The notes below the pieces were generated by a model that was not told the origin of the DNA, did no database searches, and saw only the letters and a list, made by a program, of their open reading frames with translations. Below are positions 1 through 10,356 of a DNA stretch of 20,140 nt, in pieces. How positions within the stretch are numbered: position 1 is the first letter of the stretch; the number at the start of each line of letters is the position of its first letter. The translations under genes were made by a program, and so were the position numbers. Source of the stretch: Chiloscyllium plagiosum (lineage: Eukaryota); assembly GCF_004010195.1 (NCBI RefSeq), contig NC_057720.1, forward strand, positions 21,117,943-21,138,082, given 5' to 3'.

Positions 1-69
1 TTGAAAGAACTGGCTCAGACTCGATGGGCCAAATGGCTTCCTTCTGTGCTGCATTATTTTATTGTATTG
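1..69 (+). mobile_element. CR1-type LINE 3' terminus
   Basis: Typical CR1 3' motif GATGGGCCAAATGGCTTCCTTCTGTGCTG followed by a short tail of TATT-like repeats. Confidence 0.7.
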
Positions 70-409
70 GAGTCAAAACATATTGTGAAGGCATTTGACA
101 GAGGCTGTCAACCTGTCAGGGGTTTAAGGGGTAGGAAGATGGGGGGGCAATGGAGATAAGGGACCTACAGGCACGAGGACCCATGGTGTCTCTCCCTGGC
201 CCTGACCACAGAAGTGACAGGGAATGATACAATTCTTCTCCTAAATTAACTCAAAATTATTTGATCATCACCTGAACTAATTTCTTCCAGCAGCACAATA
301 AAGAAAATTTGAGAATATTGTCAGCTGAAGTAATTGAAAAAAAGATTCCTGCCAAAAAGAAACTACATGCACTGTTTTTTTTCTCTGATCATTAGGTGCA
401 TATTATGTA

Positions 410-650
410 ATCAGGTGACTGACTGTGTGGAGTTTGCGCATTCTCCCTGTGTCTGTGTGGGTTTCCTCCCACAGTCCCCTGTGTCTGTGTGGGTTTCCTC
501 CCACAGTCCAAAAATGTGCAGGTTAGGTGAATTGGCCATGCTAAATTGCCTGTAGTGTTAGGTGTAGGGACTGGGTGGGTTGTGCTTCGGTGGGTCGGTG
601 TGGACTTGTTGGGCCGAAGAGCCTGTTTCCACACTGTAAGTAATCTAATA
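410..650 (+). mobile_element. V-SINE (HE1-like shark SINE), 5'-truncated, with an internal 32-bp tandem duplication
   Basis: V-domain GTGGAGTTTGCGCATTCTCCCTGTGTCTG...GGTTTCCTCCCACAGTCC...GGCCATGCTAAATTGCC; CR1-derived tail TTGTTGGGCCGAAGAGCCTGTTTCCACACTGTAAGTAATCTAAT. Confidence 0.85.
445..508. repeat. Perfect 2x32-bp tandem duplication
   Basis: CCCTGTGTCTGTGTGGGTTTCCTCCCACAGTC at 445-476 and 477-508. Confidence 0.95.
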
Positions 651-927
651 TGTTATGAAGTGCTTTAGGACATTCTGAAGATGAAAAGTGCTCATAAAAG
701 CTTCCTTTCTTATTCTCATTTATGTTGACACTTCAGTAGTTAATGTGAATATTGTGATTTGTAGGCCTGGCTTATTTTCTGTGAATTAGTTAGTTACTCT
801 TGTTTTGGAAGACTAATTTTAAAAACTCATGTTTGATCAATGCACGGTAATAGCTTCTTGTTATCTGATACAAGTTGGTGCAGTGGATGAATTGACATGT
901 CAACTGTGGCTCATCGGTCATGTTTCC

Positions 928-992
928 TAGAATCATAGAATCCCGTCAGTGCCAGAGCAGCCCATTCGGCCCAACGAGTCCACACCGACCTA
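928..992 (-). mobile_element. CR1/HE1-type 3' tail fragment
   Basis: Reverse complement reads GGTCGGTGTGGACTCGTTGGGCCGAATGGGCTGCTCTGGCACTG...ATTCTATGATTCTA, similar to 595-635. Confidence 0.75.
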
Positions 993-1224
993 TACTTTTT
1001 GCGAAAACAAAAGAAAATAACTCTGACTAAATGTTTCCCAGGGTATTGCTAATTGGTTGATTATCAGAATATTGAGAGTGTTTGCCGGAGTTCTGTTTAT
1101 GGCAAGATGATTTATCTTCTTGATGACACATTGACCTTAGGAGCTATTGAGTGATATACAAAGGGGTGAGCACACTGGATGGCTGGATCTGATTACAGCC
1201 ATGCTGGGACGGCATGAAAGCTGA

Positions 1225-1320
1225 TGCATAGGGTTCAGTGGTAGTGCCCTTCCCTCTGAACCAGAAGGTATCAAGTCCCACCCTACGATGTTATGGCCAT
1301 GATGTGTCACAGCATATCCA
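1225..1320 (+). mobile_element. Degenerate tRNA-derived SINE head
   Basis: A-box-like GGGTTCAGTGGTAG and B-box-like GGTATCAAGTCCC at tRNA-like spacing. Confidence 0.5.
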
Positions 1321-2254
1321 ATTAGGTTGATTAATTTATTTTTTAATAAGTTGATGCACAATAATACTGAAATATTCTAGATGTGGTTAGTCACATACAC
1401 ACAGTCAAAAATATCATATTCCAGATAATCTGACGCTAAGAATCCTTTTTTTTCTCAGCAGGAGGCATAATGACTTAATTATAACAGATAGAGTGAAATC
1501 TGCTCCTGTTGGGAAGTCAACTATTTCATTCAAGTCACATATGAATTAATTTTGGTAAAGTAAATGTCTATTGACTTGTTACATGTTAATATTCTGTAGG
1601 TATCTCATTTTGTACAAAACGTGTAGAAGGTGCAGATTACAATTTATCTCTGGCATCAGTTTTTAATATTTAAAACAAATTGGCTGTTATTGATTCTGAT
1701 TTCCTATTTCCTCAGTCAGTTCAGATTGGCTCTTGTAGCAAATGGGTTCATTCAACACTTGATTGTTTCCTTTTTTAATTTTAAGATTGCAACGTTGATT
1801 ATCAGGCATCTTTGCTCACTAACAAATGTGTATGCTGAATTGCTTAGCAGCTAGGTAGTTATGTAATGCCAAATTATACTGACTGCATGAAGACAAAGAT
1901 GTTGCCCTACATTTGAACCAGGAAGAGCAACAATTGTGTGTTTATCGATGTGTCATTATTCTGCTGGGTTTAGAGAAATGCCATGGTTTCCTTTGTATCA
2001 CCTCTTCAGCACCTAAACATTATCATCATTTGTGAACTTATTTGTGAACTTGTTTCAAACAAGCTGCTATTAGTTTTCCTGCCCCCACTCCCAACCTATT
2101 CATTGTTTTCCATTAATGTCCACAGCTGTCTCCAGTAACTTATTTATGGTGCATGAGTAAACTGATAACATTTTACACTTCCCACTTTTTCAGTTGTGAC
2201 CTTGAACCTTAATCAAGCTCATACATTTTACCTGAAACCATTTAAATGTCCATT

Positions 2255-2540
2255 GGAGTATGTTGTTTATGCTCTGTGTAAGTCATTAGTAGGTCTAACT
2301 TGAAATACTGTGTGCAGATTTAGGCACCCCACCTTCAGAAAGGACAGTACTGTATTGAGGACAGAATGATGAAATAATAATGTGGATTTATGGTGAGGTT
2401 CGAGAGCATTAAATGTCTTTGAAATTGCATGTGAGTTTTTGAAGTTCTCAAAGGCACAAATAATGTATACATCACAAGATTTATTTTAAAATCTTGAACT
2501 GTGAGCATGGAACGAGAGACTGAACAGAGAATTAACAAGT
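2255..2540 (+). mobile_element. Old, degraded CR1 ORF2 C-terminal fragment
   Basis: Translates in part to LCKVISRSNLKYCVQI*APHLQK, resembling the CR1 motif LYKSLVRPHLEYCVQFWSPH. Confidence 0.6.
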
Positions 2541-2878
2541 TTCATTTCCATTACTACAGTACAGTAAATATTTTGTACTTATTCAAAACCAAACAAATTG
2601 CATTAATCTTCAGTTTGTGTATTTTACATTAAAAATTCAAATAATTGAGACTGGCACTGCAGTGCAATGCACAGAATCTGCATTGCTAGAGATGAGAGTT
2701 TAAATTGAAGTTACCACGATTATGTCTTCACTTTTTGAGCAATTCTAATTCTCCATCAAAATAATATGTTGGTTGTATTTGACAATTTGTACCCTCGTAC
2801 CATATTGTTAGAGATTATTTTGCAAGGAAACTTGCTCCTACCGAAGAGGAAGTGAAGAGTATATCTGGGCACATGTCT

Positions 2879-4029
2879 CAATAGAGCCATAGAGGTGTAC
2901 AACACAGAGACAGACCCTTCGGTCCAACTCATCCATGCCGACCATATATCCTAATTAAATCTAGCCCCTTTTGCCAGTATGTGACCCCTATCCTCTAAAC
3001 CCTTCCTGTTCACATGTCAATCTAAATACCTTTTAAATGTTATAATTGTACCAGCCTCCAAAACTTTCTCTAGCAGCTCATTCCATACATGCACCATCCA
3101 CTGCACAAAAAATTTGCCACTTGGTCCCCTCTCAACTTAGACATATGTCCTCTTGTTTTGAACACCCCCACACCGGGGAAACGATCTTGTCTATTTCCCA
3201 TATCTATGCCCCTCATGATTTTATAAACCTCTATAAAGTCACCCCTCAGTCACGACGCTCCAGAGAAAATAACCACAATCTATTCAGCCTGTCCCTATAG
3301 CTCAAACCCTCCAACCCTGGCAACATCGTTGTAAATGTTTTCTGAACCCTTTCAAGTTTCACAACATTCTTCTTATAGCAGGGAGACCAGAATTGCATGC
3401 AGTATTCTAATCAGTGGCCTAATCAATGTCCTGTACTCAACATGACCTCCCAACTCCGATAGTCAATGCACTGACTAATAAAGGCAAGCATGCCAAATGC
3501 CTTCTTCCCTATCTCATCTACCTGTGACTCCACTTTCAAGGAACCTTGAACCTGCACTCCATGGTCTCTTTGTTCAGCAACACTTCCCAGGACCTTACCA
3601 TTAAGTGTATAATACCCCCTGCCCTGATTTGCCTTTCTGAAATGCAGCACCTCACATTTATCAAAATTAAACTCCGTCTGGCACTCCTCAGCCCATTGGC
3701 CCATCTGATCAAGATCCTGTTGTAATCTAAGGTAACCTTCTTCAATGTCCACTATCCCTCCAATTTTGGTGTCATTTGCAAACTTACCAACTGTACCTCC
3801 TATGTGCACATCCAAATCATTTATATAAATGACGAAAAGCAGTGGACCTAGCACCGATCCTTGTGGCACACTGCTGGTCACAGGCCTGCAGTCTGAAGAG
3901 CAAACCTCCACCACCATCCTTTGTCTTCTATCTTTGAGCCAGTTCTGCATGCAAATAGCTGGTTTCCTCCTTTACTCCATGTGATCTAACCTTGCTAACC
4001 AAGCTACCACACCTTAACTGAAATCCATA
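2879..4029 (-). mobile_element. CR1 (HER1-like) LINE, 3' part of ORF2 RT and 3' UTR
   Basis: ORF 3423-3950 has VPQGSVLGPLLFVIYINDL, KFANDTKIGG and FNFDKCEVLHF. A CR1 3' end with a (CTCTATG)-like tail lies at about 2880-2945. Confidence 0.95.
3423..3950 (-). pseudogene. CR1 reverse transcriptase fragment (FADD changed to FAND)
   Basis: 175-aa ORF with non-LTR RT motifs; the catalytic motif is mutated and the flanks are disrupted. Confidence 0.9.
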
Positions 4030-4064
4030 CAGAGCACAGCAGTTCAGGCAGCATCTGAGGAGCA

Positions 4065-4106
4065 GTAAAATCGATGTTTCGGGCAAAAGCCCTTCGTCAG
4101 GAATAA
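4065..4106 (-). ncRNA. Minimal type I hammerhead ribozyme motif (Penelope pLTR)
   Basis: Minus strand reads UUAUUC-CUGACGA-A-GGGC UUUU GCCC-GAAA-CA-UC-GAUUUU; core boxes intact, AUC triplet. Confidence 0.75.
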
Positions 4107-4184
4107 AGGCAGAGAGCTTGAAGGGTGGAGAGATAAGCTAGAGGAGGGTGGGGGTGGGGAGAAAGTAGCATAGAGTACAATAGG

Positions 4185-4916
4185 NNNNNNNNNNNNNNNN
4201 NNNNNNNNNNNNNNNNNNNNNNNNNNNNNNNNNNNNNNNNNNNNNNNNNNNNNNNNNNNNNNNNNNNNNNNNNNNNNNNNNNNNNNNNNNNNNNNNNNNN
4301 NNNNNNNNNNNNNNNNNNNNNNNNNNNNNNNNNNNNNNNNNNNNNNNNNNNNNNNNNNNNNNNNNNNNNNNNNNNNNNNNNNNNNNNNNNNNNNNNNNNN
4401 NNNNNNNNNNNNNNNNNNNNNNNNNNNNNNNNNNNNNNNNNNNNNNNNNNNNNNNNNNNNNNNNNNNNNNNNNNNNNNNNNNNNNNNNNNNNNNNNNNNN
4501 NNNNNNNNNNNNNNNNNNNNNNNNNNNNNNNNNNNNNNNNNNNNNNNNNNNNNNNNNNNNNNNNNNNNNNNNNNNNNNNNNNNNNNNNNNNNNNNNNNNN
4601 NNNNNNNNNNNNNNNNNNNNNNNNNNNNNNNNNNNNNNNNNNNNNNNNNNNNNNNNNNNNNNNNNNNNNNNNNNNNNNNNNNNNNNNNNNNNNNNNNNNN
4701 NNNNNNNNNNNNNNNNNNNNNNNNNNNNNNNNNNNNNNNNNNNNNNNNNNNNNNNNNNNNNNNNNNNNNNNNNNNNNNNNNNNNNNNNNNNNNNNNNNNN
4801 NNNNNNNNNNNNNNNNNNNNNNNNNNNNNNNNNNNNNNNNNNNNNNNNNNNNNNNNNNNNNNNNNNNNNNNNNNNNNNNNNNNNNNNNNNNNNNNNNNNN
4901 NNNNNNNNNNNNNNNN
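4185..4916. other. Assembly gap (N run)
   Basis: Continuous n characters. Confidence 1.
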
Positions 4917-4956
4917 ATTCCTGATGAAGGGCTTTTGCCCGAAACGTCGATTTTCC
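4917..4956 (+). ncRNA. Minimal type I hammerhead ribozyme motif (Penelope pLTR)
   Basis: AUUC-CUGAUGA(4921-4927)-A-GGGC UUUU GCCC-GAAA(4941-4944)-CG-UC. Predicted cleavage after the GUC at 4946-4948; stem III is reduced to palindromic ACGU. Confidence 0.85.
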
Positions 4957-5046
4957 TGCTCCTCGGATGCTGCCTGAACTGCTGTGCTCTTCCAGCACCA
5001 CTAATCCAGAATCTGGTTTCCAGCATCTGCAGTCATTGTTTTTCCC

Positions 5047-5120
5047 TCCATAAAGATCACGTCCACTGCTCTGCCCTCATCAATCCTCTTTGTTACTTCT
5101 TCAAATAACTTAACCAAGTC
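5047..5120 (-). mobile_element. CR1 RT, 5' portion of the element at 2879-4029
   Basis: Translates DLVKLFEEVTKRIDEGRAVDVIFM and continues as DFS once the insert is removed. Confidence 0.9.
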
Positions 5121-5148
5121 AGAATATTTAGTTTCCCTACTTTGGTCA

Positions 5149-6315
5149 TTTTGAGTTTGAGTTTGATTTACTACTGTCACGTACAAAGATACAGTGAAAA
5201 GTATTGTTATATAGGCAGATTGTACCATAAAAAGTGCATTAGGATAGCAGAATAGGGTGTGGAATACAGTGTTGCAGCCAGAGAGAAGGTGCAGAGAGAG
5301 AAACCAGAATTAACATTTGAGAGATCTGTTCAAAACTCTCATAGCAGTGGGGAAGATACTGTTCTTGAATCCATTCATAAATGCAATCAAACTTTTAAAT
5401 CTTCTGCTCAATAGAAGAGAGTGTAACCAAGGTGGAAGGGGTCTTTTGATTATTTTGGTAGCTCTCCAAGACAGCAGGAAGTATAGATGGAGTCAATGGA
5501 TGGGAGACTGGTTTGCATGATGGACTGGGTTGTGATCACGACTTTCTCTAGTTTCTTGTGGTCTTGGGAAGGGCAGTTTCAGGTACATCCAGGAAAGATA
5601 CTTTTTATGGTGCATCTATAAAAATCAATAAGAGTCTTTGTGGACATGCCGAGTTTACTTAGCCTCCTGAGGAAGTCGAGATGTTGATGTACTTTCTTGA
5701 CTGTTGCGTTGATGTAGGTGGACCAGGACAGTTAGTTGGTGATGAATTCCTGATGAAGGGCTTTTGCCCAAAACGTTGATTTTCGTGCCCCTTGGATGCT
5801 GCCTGACCTGATGTGCTTTACCTGCACCACACTCTTGACAGGACAGTTAGTTGGTGATCGTCACTCCCAGGAATTTGACGCTGTCGACGATCTCCACCTC
5901 ACCACCATTGGTGCAAACAGGAGTGTGCGTTTCAATTTGCATCCTAAAGTCAATGCCCAAGTCCTCCTTTTTGCTGATGTTGATGGCGAGATTGTTGTCT
6001 TTACTCCATGCCACTGAGTACTCAATCTCTTTTGTGTCTTCTGTTTCATGTGACCTACAACAGTGGTATCATCAGCAAATGGAGTTTGGGGTGGAATTTG
6101 GCCACAATTGAGAGTGTATATGGAGTACAGTAGGGGGATGAGTACACAGCCTTGTGGGGCACCGGTGTTGAGGATTATGGTGGAGGAGGGGTTTTCAGTA
6201 AGATTGCAGTCTATGGGTCAGGACCCAGTTATAGAGGGGGAAACTGAGACCTATGTCTTGGAGTTTAGAGTAAAGTTTGTTTGTAATGACCATGTTGAAG
6301 GCAGAGCTGATTTTT
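5149..6315 (-). mobile_element. Rex1/Babar-type LINE, degraded RT and 3' end
   Basis: Minus-strand translation gives SSTIILNTGAPQGCVLIPLLYSIYT (about 6112-6188), FADDTT (about 6062-6079), KFLGVTITN*LSWSTYINATVKK and FLRRLSKLGMSTKTLIDFYRCTI. A (CAAACT)n tail lies at 5149-5170. Confidence 0.85.
5744..5838 (+). mobile_element. 95-bp Penelope pLTR/hammerhead-only insertion with 20-bp target duplication
   Basis: GAATTCCTGATGAAGGGCTTTTGCCCAAAACGTTGATTTT..., flanked by CAGGACAGTTAGTTGGTGAT at 5724-5743 and 5839-5858. Confidence 0.9.
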
Positions 6316-6319
6316 TTTG

Positions 6320-6570
6320 AGAAGTCGGAACACAAGAGGCAATTCAGCCCTTTGAGGATGTACTCATTTGATTAAATGATAGTGAATCTGTATCTTAACT
6401 GCATTTAGCCACCATGGTTTCGTATCTCTAAACATCCCAAATGAACAACATTCATCCCTCTCAGTTTTGAAACTTTTAATGGATCTAGTGTCTATTTGTT
6501 TTTGGGACTAGAGTTCCAAATTTCCATTATATAACACAGTGGGGAGACAGCAACTTCTAAACCTCCCTTC
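6320..6570 (-). mobile_element. Old CR1 3' region
   Basis: GAGGCAATTCAGCCCTTTGAG and GAGTTCCAAATTTCC resemble the reverse complement of CR1 3' sequence (compare 15745-15960). Confidence 0.6.
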
Positions 6571-6572
6571 TC

Positions 6573-6648
6573 CAGGACAATTAGCACTAAGTAGTGAGTG
6601 TTGGCCTTGCCAATGATGCCCACATCCCATGAATAACTTCAATAAAAA
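6573..6648 (+). mobile_element. Isolated L2-type 3' tail
   Basis: GGCCTTGCCAATGATGCCCACATCCCATGAATAA is homologous to 6843-6880. Confidence 0.65.
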
Positions 6649-6649
6649 G

Positions 6650-6888
6650 TTTGGAATTAAAATTTCATAGATGACCATGAATCCATTGTCGATTGTTGGA
6701 AAAACCCATCTCTTTCACTAATGCCCTCGAGGGAAGGAAACAATCACCCTTACTTGGTCTGGCCTACATGTGACTCCAGAGCCACAGCAATGTGACTAAC
6801 TCTTAACTACACTCTGGGCAATTAGGGATGGGCAATAAATGCTGGTCCAGTCAGCGACACCCTCATCCTGTGAATGAATGAAAAAAAA
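6650..6888 (+). mobile_element. Shark SINE body with L2-type tail, 5'-truncated (family name uncertain)
   Basis: GGAAGGAAAC...CCTTACTTGGTCTGGCCTACATGTGACTCCAGAGCCACAGCAATGTG...GGGCAATTAGGGATGGGCAATAAATGCTGG...TGAATGAATGAAAAAAAA. Confidence 0.75.
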
Positions 6889-7164
6889 GAACAATTGAAA
6901 ATAAAACTCATGAATTGTAAGTCAGACTAGTATTGCATGTAACTTTCACAATGTATCTTGTTCTGATTCAGTATAATTTCAGGCCTGCTAAATAAACTTG
7001 ATTTACAGTTTAGCCTGAATCATGCAGCCTATGTGAATACTAGTAATAAAATAAAAATGTTAATCCTATGGCACACTAAACCATATATAAAGTTCCATAT
7101 TTTATCTTGTAGATGTGTCATTCACAGAGGAACTATATTTTGCTGTGGTTAGATTACTCTGAAG

Positions 7165-7303
7165 CATACACCTACTCAACTTCTCCCCTCACCTGAAGTG
7201 TGGTGACCCTCAGGCTAAACCAGTTGTTTCTCTATCTCTATCACTCTCTCGCTGATGTGAGAACAGCCCTGTGGTCTGGTAAGACTGTGGCAAATTTACG
7301 TTT
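7165..7303. mobile_element. Interspersed repeat fragment, probably a non-LTR retroelement end; family uncertain
   Basis: CCCCTCACCTGAAGTGTGGTGACCCTCAGGCTAAACC...CTCTCTC...GACTGTGGCAAATTTAC resembles a common chondrichthyan repeat, from recall only. Confidence 0.45.
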
Positions 7304-7959
7304 TGCTATAGGCATGTTATTTTTTAATTTGACAATATTATGCACCACAGAATGGCCAGCGGTCAAGCTCAGATGTCACACAAAGTTTAATGAATGTAGG
7401 CCTCACTGTAAACAAAGGTATGAGCAGTCTCAGAATCAAAAGATTGTTCAGTTTGAAGTGTTCCATGGAGACAAAAATCCTTAAAATCACCTCCCAACTA
7501 TGAAAAGTTGGTTTCTAAAAGAAATTGGTTTGATAGCAAAATGAGGTGTGGAGAAACTTATTTTCTGGCAGAAATAATTCATTATGAAGAATTATAGTCA
7601 TCTTGTATTTGGAGAGGATTGAGTACAGTTGGTTACCATTGCTGTCTGCTTGAAGGGGTTGCTGTCTGCTAAGATTCTAATACAAACTAAACCAGGGATG
7701 ATTAGAGCAACACATTGAGGGAACAAATCTATGTTCCATACGTAGATTGCAATCTTTTGTCAAGAAGGGATTTAACAAAATCATTACCAGAACATGCCCA
7801 TGGTCATACAATGCACTCTTTTTCTCTAAGGATCATAGTTGTGATAATCCTATTGCAGTACCACTGAGATAAAGACAGAATATTACTTTTAGACCTCAAG
7901 GTAGAATTTAGTCTCACAAATCAGGCCTACACGGTATTGGCGAACTTATCCCCCAAATT

Positions 7960-8490
7960 ATTTTTAATTTAATTCTTTTTATTGTCTTGGCCAAGATATG
8001 TGAGCAGAATTTAATATCCAAACTCATATGTTTGACAGCTACAATAAATGCAAACTATTATATATAATTAGCTTTTTAAAACGCCGCTTAATAATTTTTC
8101 TTGCAAGAGCTAAAGGAGATTATGCCCGCAGGTTAATTCATTTGTATGCAAATTGTGAAATGCAAACAAAATAATATAATGATATTGTACATCATATCAA
8201 CTGATTTCCAGAGGTTTGTACCTATGAAACTCTTCAATTCCATAATATGAACTGTCATTTATATTCCCTTATTTGTCTCCTCATGGTTTTATCCCGCAGC
8301 CTTTAACCAGGGATTCAAATTAACAGTAATTAGCTTCAGGCTATAACAACAGGAGCTGGCTACTGATTTACAATGAATGGAAGCCTGCTTAGTTGGCTAT
8401 TCTCAATCAGTAGCAAACTGCACATTAATAGCTAATCTCTGCTGTATTGTGCATGGAGTTTATCCCTGGTCCATAACCCATTTTTCACCA
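7960..8490. promoter_or_regulatory. Candidate conserved non-coding element or enhancer
   Basis: No repeat recognised; clustered motifs: TGACAG 8033-8038, CATTTGT-ATGCAAAT 8139-8153, CTGTCA 8252-8257, TGATTTAC 8364-8371 and several TAATTA. Confidence 0.45.
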
Positions 8491-10117
8491 TTCACATAAA
8501 AAATAATGGAGGCAAACAACAGGAATTTGAACTTATGAATGTGGATTTGGCTATCAATAGGAAAGTATTGATACTCATCACTGAACTTGAAGAAAGCTGC
8601 CTGCAAACATTTACTAATCTCTCTGCTGTGGATTTGCTCTTTCCCAATGTTAGTTTGAATCTGCTGTCATGTAAAGGAGTCCTCCAGGCAATTTTTATCC
8701 AGCAATAATAATATCATGAACCAACAAACCATCCAAATGCCTTGAAATATGGACAACAAATCAGAAAATGAAATGCACTGATCATGCTTCATTTTTTGCA
8801 AAGAGCAGATAAGCAATTGAGGTATACATTTGGGATGGAGTAGAAGCTGAAATATCAATACAAACATAAATTCTTTATAAGAATATATGCAATATTTTGC
8901 ATATTACAATATTTTGCTGTTTCTCAAATATAAAACTAGTTTTTTTCAGAGCCAGAGAGGCTATTTAAAAGTAATTATGAACTTAGTATGTTATTATAAA
9001 TTCTGTTACATTTTCATTCAATATAATATTTTCAAATTTTTTAAAATGCGAAAACTAATCATATAAAGGAGAGAACTGGATCAATTTAGTGCATTCCATT
9101 TAATTGTAGTCTGCTGGGAATTTAACAGGGTACTTTATGGAGTAGCATAACATTATGTAGTTGTGTAGAATCACTGACAGAAACGTCTGTATTTCTGAAA
9201 TTAATTGTCCATGTGTGAACCCCAGATGTTGCCATCAGTTTAAAAGGCGTTTTGCCATCATTTATCCTGCAAAGTCTAATTCAGACACTCTATCTCTTCT
9301 ACGCCAAACAGCAGAACCTACCTTCTGTGGTGGGGATGTCCAGCACAACAGATATAATGGCTTGGCTTTTATGTACCCGCTCTGGACATATTTTTGGTGA
9401 CATGTAAATCTAGTGACCAGTTCACCATCTTCCCATACAATCCTGAGCTATCTCTCATATTTTGGAGTGGAGGAGTGGGTGCGCACCAAAATCGACAGCC
9501 TGTCTGCCACATTGAATAAACAAAGGTCAATAGAGTTTGTTAGAAGTTCAATTGACCCCCAGTAATACCCTATCCCTGCCTAACATGGTTGGTATGGGCA
9601 GGCAGATGGGAGTAGGCAGTTTATTTTAGACAAAAGTTTGGGAATGAAAGAGGTATAATCTTTAGTTGGCAGTGTGGCTTTGCATATTGGGAATGCCTGA
9701 TAGACAATAGTACTCAGCCTTTCTTCCTGTCTGCCTGGACTTTAAAACTCATCCCTGCCACTCTCTTGCCTCCTACACCTTTCCCCTTCCTCAAATGCGC
9801 AAACCCTTGCATCTTAATGCTCCAGACTTATTTGGGTCTGGGAATTATTGGGACTTTTATCTTGGAATGTCACCCGCCTCCAGTCCTAGTCATGTTCACG
9901 ACCGGCTTCTTGGTGCTACCAGGAGTGCTGAAGAGGGTGGCCAGTCAATTTGTCCGACAGCTCCAGAGGACACAGCTTCCCTTGATTGAGGTCAACCTGC
10001 ACGAGTTGGATCACAGTGCGTTATAGCCGTGCTGAGGGCTTCGTTGGTGAGCTGCTGGCTTTCCTTCTAAGGTGTGAGCAGTCCTTCCATACAACCCAAC
10101 CCTCCTATAAATCAAGC

Positions 10118-10356
10118 GAGGCCATTCTCAGGAGGTGTTAGGAGTCATTTCTTCACACACAGAGTAGTAGGGATTTGGAAACCTTTCCCTGCCCCAAAGG
10201 TTAGTTCATTATCTCAGCATTGAGAGCAATAACTTCTTGTTGAATAAGGGCAACAAGAGAACAAAGGTGGATATCTGGAACTAAGCTACAGACCAACCAT
10301 GATCTAACCAATGGTGGGACTGGTTTGAGGGACTGGATAACCTCATGTTCTTATAT
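10118..10356 (+). mobile_element. Old CR1 3' end
   Basis: TTTCTTCACACACAGAGTAGTAGGGATTTGGAA (FFTHRVVGIW) followed by CCATGATCTAACCAATGGTGGGACTGGTTTGAGG. Confidence 0.75.

Larger units (their letters stand above)
4030..5046. mobile_element. Penelope-like element with inverted pLTR ends, interior hidden by the assembly gap
   Basis: 4031-4104 is the near-identical reverse complement of 4917-4990. Flanked by TCCATA at 4024-4029 and 5047-5052, and splits the CR1 RT. Confidence 0.85.

Noticed and set aside
334..634. ORFs with a repeated peptide, and a possible CRISPR-like repeat
   Set aside because: They lie in a V-SINE; there are two adjacent 32-bp copies with no spacer and no cas genes.
1225..1290. 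tRNA gene
   Set aside because: Only degenerate A/B boxes and no full cloverleaf; better explained as a SINE head.
4097..5026. Long ORFs of 309 aa and 287 aa
   Set aside because: Artefacts of reading through the N gap; the real residues are pLTR sequence.
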